A DNA stretch of 64,000 nt. Origin: Fistulifera solaris (lineage: Eukaryota). The stretch spans positions 1,984,001 to 2,048,000 of the forward strand of contig AP026125.1 in assembly GCA_030295235.1 (NCBI GenBank), given 5' to 3'. Made by a program: the position numbers and the translations under genes. This document shows positions 11,454 through 23,392 of the stretch, piece by piece; positions within the stretch are counted from its first letter, which is position 1, and the number at the start of each line of letters is the position of its first letter. The notes under the pieces are model-generated. The model was not told where the DNA came from, ran no database searches, and saw only the letters and a program-made list of their open reading frames with translations.

Positions 11454-11849
11454 TCACGCACGAGGAACACGACGATCGGTTGACACTTCGTCGAATCCTG
11501 GAACCTCTTCATCAAGCGAAGATACGGATGATTTATCGGATGAGCTCTCCGATTCGGTTCCATAACCTTGTTCCACCGACTGCATGGTATGTTTTTCATT
11601 GAAACAGCAGAAGCAACATGACTTGAAGAACCACCCTAACACTATAATTGTAGTAAGAATAGTGAAGGCAGCAATCGACCCACCATCCAATCCTGTCCCC
11701 TCGTTGCAGTTTCCGTAAACCGAAGACTGATTACAGGCATCATGAAAGGAGATATTGCTACCGAGCACCGGAGAGTTGGTGGTGTTTTGGAGAAGCGACG
11801 CACCGTTCGTCTGATTCAATACATCCATAATAATGTTGTCATTCGTCAT
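11454..11849 (-). CDS. Small single-pass membrane protein, hypothetical
   Basis: N-terminus rich in NxS/T sites, one hydrophobic helix (SIAAFTILTTIIVLGWFF), juxtamembrane CCFCCF and an acidic tail. Confidence 0.6.
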   Translation of the reverse strand: MTNDNIIMDVLNQTNGASLLQNTTNSPVLGSNISFHDACNQSSVYGNCNEGTGLDGGSIAAFTILTTIIVLGWFFKSCCFCCFNEKHTMQSVEQGYGTESESSSDKSSVSSLDEEVPGFDEVSTDRRVPRA

Positions 11850-12240
11850 TCACAAAGCAATAATCTATGAACCCGACCTCGAAGCATATCTACACAGGAA
11901 AAATCAACCTGTCAACGGGATGTAATGAAGTTACGGAGTATAACTTTGCGGAATGAATAATCGAATTATACATGCGAAGGAGAAAATGAATGGCAGCAGA
12001 CGCGAGAGGCGAGATGAGGCGGAGAACAGTTTCAGTCGTGCGCCAGAACTTATTGACTAAGGTTATGGCATATTTTGGAGATGCCAAAGACCCGGCAGTT
12101 CGGAAGCTGACAGACGCAAACACGAATGAAAGACAATAAAAAAATGATGCACTTTTGTTTGTGATGGCAAAGATATCTTTTCTCTTTTCACATCATAAAA
12201 AAGAAGAGAGATCATTTATACGGACTCTTTGAAACCAACG

Positions 12241-13077
12241 ATGCTCACTCATACATCCATTTTCCTGGCTATCCTTGCTACTCTGAGTGAGAAGGCCGCT
12301 GCCGTTTGCTTTTGTCCCATTGAATGCTTCAATTGCCGAGACAACGGAGAAATCATTCGTCACCCCATCTACAAGCCCGCCCCTTGTAACGACATGGAAT
12401 CAGCGCAAGAGTGCGAAAAAGCGAACTGGGAGATCAAAGATATGCAAAACTCGCTCGTTCCGCTTGTCCTCCTTTTCCTTGAGTATGTTTGTCAGTCATG
12501 ATAATTTTGCATTTCGTCATTTGGAAGAACGTCTAACGAGTGTCATTTCACGTAAAGTGATGCAGTGCGCACCGAAAATATGACCATGATGCAAGCAGGA
12601 TATGCTAGATCCCTTGTCAGCTTGGCGTTGGAAGAGGATAAGCCGGAAGGTGACTGTGCGAACGGACTCCTCACTGATACTCCTATCAAAGATACACTGG
12701 GCAAATGTTTCTCTCCAGAACTCCTCGAACAATGTGCGATCGTGCGCGATAGAGTAAACTCTTACCAAGACAACATTCCTGTCAAATTGGAAGGATTTCT
12801 TGGCAATAACACGATGATGTATAATGACAATATGACATTGTATGACCGCTCCCTCGAGCTCAACTTGATTAACGGCGATCGGGTCGTGATTCATCCGAAA
12901 ATGGCAGACCTCATTGAGATGGTCCGCTTTCGTGGCAGTATACGTACTGCTCGCATTCGCTGTGCTTCTTTCGATGCAACCACTATTGAAATAGAGGAAG
13001 CCGGTGCGTTTGGCTTGTCGACATCGACAGCTTTCTTCTTGACCTTGCTGAGTGCAACGAGTTTCCTTTGGCTTTAA
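12241..13077 (+). CDS. Secreted Cys-rich protein with GPI-anchor-like C-terminus, paralog 1 (intron 12483-12557)
   Basis: Signal peptide, conserved cysteines and a hydrophobic C-terminal tail. The intron position is shared with paralogs 2 and 3. Confidence 0.8.
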
Positions 13078-13516
13078 GTAAAAAGTTTAGATGCCAATAG
13101 GATTTCTTTTGTGCTATAGTCGTTCCAGACATAGATAAGGTTATTACTTCGATCTATGACAACCACGGCTGTACTTTCGCGCGCGACAAGTTCTACTTCG
13201 TCCTGGGAACAGACGAGTTCTACAAATTTCTGCTCGTTCCGAAGGAAAACTTATTTCTGTTGCAAAGTTGTTATGTTTCGCAGTTTCCTTGTTGATCGAG
13301 AGTTGGATGCCAGACGATGAGGCAAGAGCGAGGACGAGATTATTATTTGCAGTCGACTAGCCACCGGCAACCGGCACTCGTCAGCGTGCAAAGATCCGGC
13401 ACATGGAAGGTGACATCGGCAGACACGAATGAAAAATGATGCGTAAAAAAATCTTTTTCGTTCGCCACAAAAAACAAAGGGAACAGATTTCATCACAAAA
13501 TATTTGAAGCAGAAGA

Positions 13517-14342
13517 ATGTTCACTCGTTCATTCATTTTCTTTTTCGCTATCGCCTCTAGTCTGTGGGTGAAGGCAGCTGGCGTTTGCTTTTGCCCCGAT
13601 GAATGGGTAAACAGAGCATCCAGCGGCTGGAGCATTTTTAGACCCGCCGCTTGTAAGGACATGAAAGCAGCGCAAGAATGCGAGAAAGCCAATTGGGAGA
13701 TCTCAGACATGCAAAGCTCACTTGTGTCTCTTGTTTTGCTATTCCTCAAGTAAGTTTCACAGCATGATGGCTGCTGCATTTTATTGTTTTGAAGCACGAG
13801 CTAACGATTAAGTCGCTCCAAAGAGACGCAGTTCGCACTCAGAATATGAACACGATGCAAGCTGGCTACGCTAGATCCCTTCTCAGTTTGGTATTGGAGG
13901 ATGATAAGCCGGAAGGCGACTGCGCGAACGGACTCCTCGCCGATACTCGTATCCAAGATACCTTGGCGAAATGCTTTTCTCCCGAACTCCTTGCTCAATG
14001 TGCGCTCGTTCGCGATGAAGTAAACTTTTACCAAGACAACCTCACTGTTAAACTCGAGTCTTTCCTCGGCAACAGCACGATGACGTACAGCGACAATATG
14101 ACCCTGTTTGACCGTCCCTTGAGCTCAATTTAATTGACACCGATCGGGTTGTAATTCACCCGAATATGGCAGACCTCATTGAGATGGTCCGCTATTGTGC
14201 GAGCATTCGGACGGCTCGCATCCGTTGTGCTTCGTTTGATGCCGCCACCATTGATATCGCTCAAGCCGGTGCTTTGGGCTTGTCGACCTCGACAGCCTTC
14301 TTCTTGACCTTGCTGAGTGCTGCGAGTTTCCTTTGGCTTTAA
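13517..14342 (+). CDS. Secreted Cys-rich protein, paralog 2 (intron 13750-13823; 1-nt deletion near 14115)
   Basis: Colinear with paralog 1, with a CTAAC branch point at 13801. The sequence after 14115 continues homology to the same FLWL* end. Confidence 0.75.
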
Positions 14343-14872
14343 ATATAAGTTTACTTGTGAATCAGATTTCTCTCGTTATAGGCGCTCGCTCCAGATATAG
14401 CTAAGGCCATTGCTTCAAAAGCTATGATAATCATGGCTGCACTTTCGCGCGACAAGTTCTTAATTGTCCACGGAACAAAATTGTTCGGCCACTTTGTGCT
14501 CTTCTTCCCGAGGGAGTTATCTCGTGACATAGCAAGTAGCCTTTGCGACGTACCAAGAGTAAAAAAAGACAAAGTTCTTTTGCAACCATGTTCTTCTTCG
14601 TGTCAGAATCCTTGTCGATGAAAGAGACAGTACTTTGTAAGAGATACTACAGCCGCGTCTCATTTTTCTTTCGAACAAAGAATCTTTTTTGCGGCGTGCA
14701 ATTTCACAGATTCTTGGAAGCAGACAAGCTGACACGACTGAAAAAATGAGGGAAGTTCTTCCCCTTATAGGTACCAGGTAGCCAAGATCCTTTCGGTTAT
14801 TCTCATTTGCAAAGAACAATTACATTTGTTGAGCACACAAACCCATCTGACTGCTCTCTGTTGCGCAAGATC

Positions 14873-15712
14873 ATGCTCACTCGTACAATCATTCTCACTC
14901 TCGCTGCCTCTGCCACTCTATGGGAGAAAGTCGCTGGCGTTTGCCTGTGCCCCATTGACTGCTTTAACTGCCGCGAGAATGGAGAAATCGTTCGTCGTCC
15001 CATCTACAAGCTTTCTGCTTGTAACGATATCGAATCCGCTCAAGAATGCGAAAAAGCCAACTGGGAGATTGCTGATATGCAAAGTTCCCTCGCATCTCTT
15101 GTCATGCTTTTCCTCGAGTAAGTAATCGTCCGTTTGTCAATGAATTTCATTCTTCCGCAATACAATCTTCTAACAACGCCTTCGCAATCACATTCGCTAT
15201 GAAGCGACGCGGTTCGGATTCAAAACATGACCTTGATGCAAGCCACGTACGCCAGATCGCTTCTCAGCTTGGCACTGGAAGACAACAAACCGGAAGGCGA
15301 CTGCGCCAACGGACTCCTTACCGACACTCCTATTAAAGGCACTCTTTCCAAGTGCTTCTCGCCGGAACTCCTGAACCAGTGTGCTCTCGTCCGCGACAAC
15401 GTCGGTTCTTATCAAGACAACATTTCAATCAAACTGGAAGGCTTCCTCGGGAATAGTACGATGAGGTACAACGATACTATGACCTTGTATGACCGCTCGC
15501 TTGAGCTGAAGTTGATTGACGGTGATCGCAATGTGATTCATCCGAAAATGGCCGACCTGATTGAAGCGGTCCGCTATCGTACGAGCATTCGGACGGCTCG
15601 CATTCGCTGCGCTTCGTTTGACGCCACCACGATTGAGATCGCTGAAGCCGGTGCCTTTGGTTTGTCTACTTTGACGGGTGTATTATTGGCCTTGCTTGTC
15701 ATGGGAGTGTAA
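14873..15712 (+). CDS. Secreted Cys-rich protein, paralog 3 (intron 15118-15204)
   Basis: Colinear with paralog 1; GTAAGT donor and hydrophobic C-terminus. Confidence 0.8.
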
Positions 15713-16086
15713 GGAATGAGCCTCTGTTTTATTTGTTTGCATAATAATTGATGATATGGAAAATGTTGACAGTTTTGAGACACAATAATAACGCCAAAAT
15801 GACTGCGGGTGATTGAGATACTTTTTCTTTTAGATTAGGGACAAGATTTCGCCAGCAGTTACGTAGTAGCTGCTGTACCGGTACGACCTTAAACCTTGTT
15901 GTATCGCTTACGTAGTACGTAGTACCGGTACTTCTTTTTTGTGCGTGAGTCAGAGCGTTCTACGAATGAAAGCGACGATGCTTGTTGTTATACACTTCTT
16001 GCATTGTTATTTGATAGTTTGCCTAATACTCGACGGAAAATTGATCTTGATCGTTTCAACACGATAAGAAGAAAAGAGGCTATGGA

Positions 16087-17414
16087 ATGAAAGCAATCGT
16101 GCAATCCAGTTGGTTCTTGGCTTACGTTCTATTCGTTCACCTTTTTCTGGCCCAAAGTACCGCCTTTGTCAATCACAGTCACACTCCACAAGAAAAAATG
16201 GTCTTTCGAAAGCTATTCGCATCACCATCCTCGTCGACTTCAGGAAGCACCGCTTTACCTGAAACGGCAATCGTGCAACAGCGATTGCGGCAAGCGCTGT
16301 GGGCGTTCTTTGCCGGCGATGCCCTCTCGTCGCCCTCTCATTGGTTTTACGGAGGACCGCGACAAATTCAACAACAGTACGGTGCCTTGCTGACGGATTA
16401 TACCAAGCCCACCGAACAACTACCTGGTTCTATTTTAAATAAGAGTAATCTACTGGGAGCGGGTCGTAGCAAGGGAGGCATGCAGCGACGATCGGATGAT
16501 GATCTTCCTCCGACTATCGTCGGACACGTCATTCTTCACGGCAAACAAGATTATTGGCATCCCTCCAAACAGATTCATTATCATGCAACTTTACAAGCGG
16601 GAGAGAACACATTGGAAGCATCACTAGCACGTGTACTGATGCGTTCCATCGTCGAAAAGAAAGGGTGTTTTGACGCCAACCACTTCCGTCAAGCCTACAT
16701 GAACTTTATGATGACACCCGGCAGCCACAATGATACTTATGCTTCGACATGTCATCGCATGTTCTTCTCCAATCTCATTTATGATAAGAAGTCACCGGAA
16801 GATTGTCCTGACAACGATGCTCATAACGTCGATACCATTGATGGCTTGATTTTGCCGACTCTCGTCAGCTTAGCCGTTGCGGCACATCCTCGGCGACCGC
16901 CGAAGATGCGGCTCGGGAGGCACAGCAGTGTGTGGCAGTTACACGTCGTAGTAAGCCTCTTCAAACGGCTACAGCTGCATGGGCGGGACTCGTGTATAGT
17001 ATCATTCGTAGAGAAAAGGAAGAGGAAAATTTGACAAACACGGTGGAAACTATGGCGAAGAGCTTGGGCCTCCCCAAGCCAAAAGTCCGCCCCACGGATA
17101 ATACCATGACAGCCTGTTATTTGGATTCGTCCCTGCCTGCGGCTCTCGATAACTTGGTCACCTTTGAATCTCAAAAGCGTAAGGGTGATGTTTCCGAAGT
17201 GTGGCGAGATTTACTTGCCATTGCCAATACAGGTGGAGAGAACGTACACCGAGCGTCCTGTATTGGTGCTATATTGGGAGCCAATAGCGACCTTCAACCA
17301 GAAGTATGGTCAAAGTCGCGTCTAGTGCAAGGATTGTACCATCGTGAAGCGTTACAGAAAGAGATCGAGGACTTCATTGCTGCGGTGACAAATTGTCCAG
17401 CACAATCGTTGTAG
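16087..17414 (+). CDS. ADP-ribosylglycohydrolase (ARH/DraG) family protein (frameshift near 16889)
   Basis: Motifs ALWAFFAGDAL..HWFY, GENTLEA, HNDTYA and NTGGENVHRASCIGAILGA. The signal peptide ends STA-F. Confidence 0.75.
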
Positions 17415-17582
17415 TCGTGCTCGGGGGTATAATAAATTCAATCGGTCATCTTACAGATTAAACAAAGTTGTATACTTCACGGTATGAAACGTTTTACTGC
17501 ACATATTTATAACTAATTACGAATAAAGAGATCACCCGGAGAAAATGAACTTTTATACAAGCATTGTTGGCTCAAAAATTGA

Positions 17583-19073
17583 TCAATCTTTTGCAGCATT
17601 GATGATAGCTGAAATTGCACTAAGTTCGCGAGATTGTTTCATCAGTGTTTGTTCCAGAATTTCTTCGTCTTTTTGGAGCGATTCTTCCATCTGAAACAAC
17701 TCCTGCAACAGCTTTTTTCGGGCTTCATACTTCTCGCTTACAGAGGTGCTCTTGGGTTTAAGAGTCTCTTGCATGATAGATTGATTTTCCATCATAGATT
17801 CTAGACTGGCCGTGAGGGAGCCAAGTCGACCATTCACTGCTCCCGAACGCTTCTTAAAAGTTTCGTGCTTGTCCATCAAGTCCCCAAGCGTATCTCTCAG
17901 TCCGTCACATTCTTGTTGGCTGCGGAGGAGCTTCCCTTGTGTTTCTGCGAGGGTCTCTCTCAGAAAATTCAATTCATCATTCTTCTTTTCCAACTCTGCA
18001 TTTGTCGACTGAGTCTCACTTAAAACTTTTTGATGATGATCAAGGAGGGCCTCGAATCGCTCTTTCCATGTCTTCGATTCCAATTCCCACGGTGCCTTGC
18101 TCTCTCGCTCAAGAAGAATCGCTTGCTGTGCAAGCTTCGCCTTCAGTTCGGAGACCTCCTTTTCTTTCTGAAGCACCATAGCAGAGAGCTTGCTTGCTTC
18201 TGTTGCCGCAGATAAAGTGCTTTTACGGCTTGCGTTGGTAGCTGTAGTATGCTTCGTCATTTTGCTAAGCCCGGAAACAACACTGTCCTCTTCTTTCTTT
18301 TCTTCTTCATCGTAAGTCCGTTGAGAAAGTGCACTCATCATGGAAGGGCGATGTGACATGGTAATAGAAGACTGTGCATGAGACAGCTTTGTTGATAGTG
18401 GGGATATCATGTTTGAGCTACTGTCGATGGAGTGTTTACTCGTCTCTTCTGAAATGACAGATGTGTCGTCAACCATCCATCGTTTCAACACCTCAATAAC
18501 GTCATCACGCTCCGGATATTCGCTTTCTTCTGCCAAATCCAAAGGAGTTTTGCCCTCCTCATCACGGGCATTAATGACACCTCTATGAGCAACCAAAATC
18601 ATATCAACAACAGAAACAGAGCTAGGGCCCCAACAAGCGAGATAATGGATCGGAAGCATCCCTCGAGGATCGCGGATTCTTGTAGCTTCCGGACAGCACA
18701 CAAGAAGCGAGCGAATGACGTCTTGGCTTGCCTGATTCCCGCAAGCGTAATGCAAGGCATACATTCCTTGGTCGTCGATGCATTTTGGTCCGTCGGGGTA
18801 TGCTTTAATAAGGGCATCGACAACGGATGCGGGCGGATGGCGAGCACAAGCTGAATGAATGGGTAAGAATCTCCACATAATTTCCTGCTCCTCCGTGGCA
18901 TCTTCCTCATCATAATGTCGAACTACCCACGTGGCGGCCTGGATCGGGTCTCGCTTACAGATTGCGATGGCATCGTCCCAGCTCTGATCCGTAATTGCCT
19001 TATACAACTCAGTGAGGTTCTTATCAAAATCCACCTCCAGCGTAGAGGGAGATACCTCAAGGTCGAATGACAT
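17583..19073 (-). CDS. Ankyrin-repeat protein with a C-terminal coiled coil
   Basis: Ankyrin-type repeats LPIHSAC, YALHYAC, LPIHYLAC and GKTPLDLA, then a heptad-rich C-terminus. The ATG at 19073 is preferred to the upstream TTG. Confidence 0.8.
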   Translation of the reverse strand: MSFDLEVSPSTLEVDFDKNLTELYKAITDQSWDDAIAICKRDPIQAATWVVRHYDEEDATEEQEIMWRFLPIHSACARHPPASVVDALIKAYPDGPKCIDDQGMYALHYACGNQASQDVIRSLLVCCPEATRIRDPRGMLPIHYLACWGPSSVSVVDMILVAHRGVINARDEEGKTPLDLAEESEYPERDDVIEVLKRWMVDDTSVISEETSKHSIDSSSNMISPLSTKLSHAQSSITMSHRPSMMSALSQRTYDEEEKKEEDSVVSGLSKMTKHTTATNASRKSTLSAATEASKLSAMVLQKEKEVSELKAKLAQQAILLERESKAPWELESKTWKERFEALLDHHQKVLSETQSTNAELEKKNDELNFLRETLAETQGKLLRSQQECDGLRDTLGDLMDKHETFKKRSGAVNGRLGSLTASLESMMENQSIMQETLKPKSTSVSEKYEARKKLLQELFQMEESLQKDEEILEQTLMKQSRELSAISAIINAAKD

Positions 19074-19634
19074 TGTTGAAAGATTTCCTTGTTCGTTCAA
19101 TGGAACTACGATACGGTTGTCCAATTGAGTGACAAGGAGGCCGGCAAAGAGGAGCAAACACAAACTTTCGCAAATTCGCCAATGGAGGTTTAGCGAGTTT
19201 GCAGCTCGACCGGCGCATGCATGCCCATGTTGTTCTCCACGTCTATCTACAGTAAGGAGAGTACACTATAGTCTATATCAAAGTCGTCACTTAGATAAAC
19301 GTTCCTATAATTTACTTATAGAAATCGAAAGTATTCTGATGGCCTACGGAGAAATTGGGCCCATCGCCTATCGCAGAATAATCGCAGTAACCTTACTGGT
19401 ACTATGTACTCTGTCACGAGTCACGAGTATTTCAGTCCTGGAAAATCCTGGAAAGAATTGAAGACGGTGTTACTGTTACAGTACTAAGGGTAAGGATCAA
19501 GAGCGTGACGTTACAGTACGACGTTACCGCTTACCTCGTTACTCACTTCTGCATTACGCTTCTCCGCTGCATGGCAATTCCGGAGGGAGTTCGAAGCAAC
19601 GAATTAACTTTTGAAATAATAATAAGAATATACC

Positions 19635-20062
19635 ATGTCAGAAATTGCAGCGCTACTTTTATGCAAACTCGGCGGTAAGGGAGGATCAGTAGATGAGATC
19701 ACGGCGGTTTTAACGGCGGCCGGTCTCGAGGCTGACGCCGACGCCGTTTCAAGATTGGTTGGTGATATTGAAGGAAAAGATATCAACGAGCTTTTGGCAA
19801 CTGGATCTGAGCAAATCAAGAATGTTCCACTCGGAGGTGGCGGAGGCGGCGGAGGCGGTGCCGCTGCCGCTGGAGGAGCTGCTGCAGCTGAGGCTGCTAA
19901 GCCAGGTACGTGTTGTTTTCCGGAAACCTCATACTGCAAATTCGTCTAGACTCGAATACATCTCATTTTGTTATTTTCGCAGAGGAACCCGAGGAGGAAG
20001 AAGCGGAAGCTCCTGCTGTTGATATGTTCGGAGGCGGCGGCGGTGGCGGCGGTGATTATTAA
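19635..20062 (+). CDS. RPLP2: 60S acidic ribosomal protein P2 (intron 19906-19982)
   Basis: AALLLCKLGG...EGKDINELLATG domain, Gly/Ala hinge and acidic tail EEPEEEEAEAPAVDMFGGGGGGGGDY. Confidence 0.9.
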
Positions 20063-20805
20063 AGCATCGGTGATTACATTGTCATTAAATGAATACTTTG
20101 AATTTGCTTCTTCTGTCAATCATCGGGAAATATCGCCGCTTCAAATTCAAATCTGTTGATGAATGGGAAATTCAAAGACTCGTTCAGCGATCGTGCGTCT
20201 CAGGATTGGAAGAGCAATGGTCGTTTTTGCGAAAACAATTCAAAGTTGTTGTTTCCACATTTTATTCTTTTCTGGAAGAAAATCTTGCAATTTTCTGTGA
20301 GATGCACTGTAGTAGCAACAGACCACGAGTCTTTTCGGAAGTGTGTTATCGCTTTACAATCGTTGCTCTGGGATTAAAAGTTGTTATCTTGTTCGAGTAC
20401 CTTGTTGAAAAAAGTTCACAGCACCGTCCACCTTCGTCCAAAGGGGGGCTTAGAAGTAGATGCCAATTGATTGAAAGGAGGCCCCACATCCCCACATCTA
20501 AATTTCGATCTCCTTAAAGTTGTTATGGGCTCGAGCCTCGAGCCTTGAAAATGGAAACAGGAAACAAGGGTCCCTGGCCGAGTCACAAAACTATTAGGGA
20601 CTAGATCGCTCTAGTACTTTTTAGTGGACTGTCTTTATTTCTGCCCCACCTCTTCCACTTTCTCGCTTTTCGCTCACAAAATCTCGCGCGTAAAAAGAGC
20701 CGATGGTCTTTTTCGGCGGACTTTTGCTTCTTTCGCTCTGTTGACGATTGTCAATCCTTCACAATACTTACTATCATTATCAAAACAAATCAAGTAGCTC
20801 TACCC

Positions 20806-21770
20806 ATGGTGTGGTTTAAATCGTATACAGAAGAGGAATTCTTCCGCATACTGTATCAGGAAGACGTTCCCCTCATCCGATCCATTCTTTACTGGCAGGG
20901 AGATTTGGCGAATGCACAAGATAGCGAATGGAGACCGCTAGTCTATGCAAGCTACCGAGGAAATACCGAGCTCGCACGAGCCATTCTGGAGACAGCTGGG
21001 AAGCGATTGGACGTCAATCAAAAGGATCGAATGGGATATTCTCCACTCCTTTGGGCCGTTTCCAGAGATTTTTTTGAAATTGCTCATCTGTTGATGAACC
21101 ACAATGACATTGACGTCAATGTAAGAGGCAAGGACAACGAGACACCTCTATTGGCCGCTAGTCTGTACAATCGTCCCATGATAGTGCAGCGATTGCTTTA
21201 CCACGGAGCACGTGTTGGTGTTCTAGACAAACAAGGGTGCTCTCCGTTGTCACGCGCGTGCCTCCAAAATCATTTCACAATCGTGCAAATGCTGCTCAAC
21301 GCAGGGGCTACCCCCAATATGCGAAACTATCGGTGCGGACACACTCCGCTAGCGGAGTCCTGTATTTTGAACCATGATTCCATTGTGAAACTTTTGATTC
21401 AGGCAGGAGCTGAAGTCAATGCTGTTAACTACCACGGCAGCACACCACTTCTTCTTGCTGTCAAAGCAGGATCTTTGAACACAATATACACTCTTTTGAA
21501 GAACGGAGCTGGTAAGTCAACACATCTGCTAGTACTTGCAGAATTTCGCAATTTGATCTCAAAACCTGAACTTTGTTCACTGTGAATCAAGATTGGAACA
21601 AATCCAACGACGCTGACGAGGCACCCCTATCAGTGGCAGCCGCTTGCAAGAGTTATGAAGCTTGTCGAGTTCTGATGGAGTACCAACAGTCTGAAGATAC
21701 TGGCGCGGCCAACGTAAAATACAGCTCGCTTTCGAGGCATAAAGCAGGAGTTGTAGCGGCGTGCACGTAG
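20806..21770 (+). CDS. Ankyrin-repeat protein (intron 21512-21591)
   Basis: Multiple G.(T/S)PL..A repeats. The GTAAGT..AAG intron continues the frame into DWNKSNDADEAPLSVAA. Confidence 0.85.
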
Positions 21771-22268
21771 TGCGACCAGCAATGGCAGCACATTGTCTAA
21801 AACAAAAGGGAATAACAAAAGCATTAAGGGCCAGTCTACTTACTAAAAGTATAGGCGGACGCTGTCTGAGTCTCTTTCAATTTCGACAGGTTCGAATTAG
21901 ATTGTGCCGCCGACCACAACCAGTCACCCTCTTCAATAGCATACGATTAGCTGAATGCCTAATAAGTTGATGTCAAAGGTTGACCGCCTGTGTTGCACGG
22001 TAAAAGCTTTTTCGTTCTGGATTTAAGTCGAACTTTTAGGGACGACTCATGTTGCGCGTTGCGCGCATCCTTAGTTAGTTATCCTTGGTTATAGCGTGAA
22101 TGTGACTGTGACTGTGACTGTGTCTAATCCCTGAGCGTACGACGTACGTACAACGCTTTTTTATTACCATCGTGTCATTGCAACCCAAAAAGGCGCAACA
22201 GCAAAACAATAATACAGTAACGTTACTTACTTTTAAATTCATTGACTGACCGAAAGTCACGCACAGAT

Positions 22269-22922
22269 ATGCCTCCTACGTACACTCTTTACACCCCAGA
22301 AGCATCGTTTCGAGCGTTCGCTACTTTGATTGCCGCCGAATACAACGCCATCGCGGTGGATGTCGTCACGGATGTCACTGCCGAGGACGCCAAGTCCCCG
22401 GTTGGCAAGTTGCCCGTGCTGGAGACACCTTCGGGAGAAAAGATCTTCAGTTGTTACGCTGCCGCGCGTTTCATTGCTGGCCTGCGACGTGATACTGGTT
22501 TGACTGGAAATTCACCTGTGGAGGAGGCATCCGTCGACGCGTGGATGGACTTTGCAGCACAAGAATTGGAGCTACCAGCATGCGCATGGTTTTACCCAGT
22601 CGCAGGATACATGCCATTCAATAAGACTAGCTACGAAAAGGCAAAAATGGATCTAGCGAAAGCATTGCAAGTTCTAAACGAACATTTGAACTGCAAAACA
22701 TATCTCGTCGGCAACCAAATTACTTTGGCAGACATCGTCGTGGCTTCTACCCTCCTGTATCCCTTTAAACTGGTGGCCGATCCGTCTTATTTGAAACCTT
22801 TCGGCAGCGTTCTAAAATGGTTCACGAATTGCGTCAGCCAAGAAGAATTTCAACAGATTGTCGGACAAGTCACGATGTGTCAAAAGAAATCATGGCACCA
22901 GGACAGTTGTAACCAAATTTAG
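22269..22922 (+). CDS. EF1B-gamma-like glutathione S-transferase-fold protein
   Basis: Motifs KSPVGKLPVLET, VDAWMDFA and TYLVGNQITLADIVV. No EF1G C-terminal domain is visible. Confidence 0.8.
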   Translation: MPPTYTLYTPEASFRAFATLIAAEYNAIAVDVVTDVTAEDAKSPVGKLPVLETPSGEKIFSCYAAARFIAGLRRDTGLTGNSPVEEASVDAWMDFAAQELELPACAWFYPVAGYMPFNKTSYEKAKMDLAKALQVLNEHLNCKTYLVGNQITLADIVVASTLLYPFKLVADPSYLKPFGSVLKWFTNCVSQEEFQQIVGQVTMCQKKSWHQDSCNQI

Positions 22923-23392
22923 ACCTGGCTCTTTCAGTTTGTAGAGGGCGTTTAAATTGATCAGACCTATAGACGTTCTGTTAGGGCGATTAGATTGATC
23001 GATAGCTTCTAGCTATTGACCGAACGGATCATATGCGTATCGCGTGCGTCTTGAACAAACATAAACGCAAATCCTATTTCCAATACCTGGTACGCTCAGA
23101 AATTGAATATCCAACTACCTGGTAGTTGAAGCTATTTTATTATAGAAACATAAAATAATTTCGTCTAGCCAATGTGAGTCATGAATTAAGAATACTGAGT
23201 CATGAGTGACGGCACCGACGTCTGTCATCTGCCGCATTAGTTGTTATACGTACGCAGTACGCGCAGTACATCATCGCAAACACGCAGAAACTGCACCGCG
23301 CACCGCGACCGCATTATTTTTTTTTTACTTTGTCGAAAAACGAACAATAAAATACTCCGTAACTTTTTTCATTTACTAGATATTAAAGATAA

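Noticed and set aside
21850..21912. tRNA-like sequence around GGTTCGAAT
   Set aside because: The T-stem does not pair and no cloverleaf can be built.
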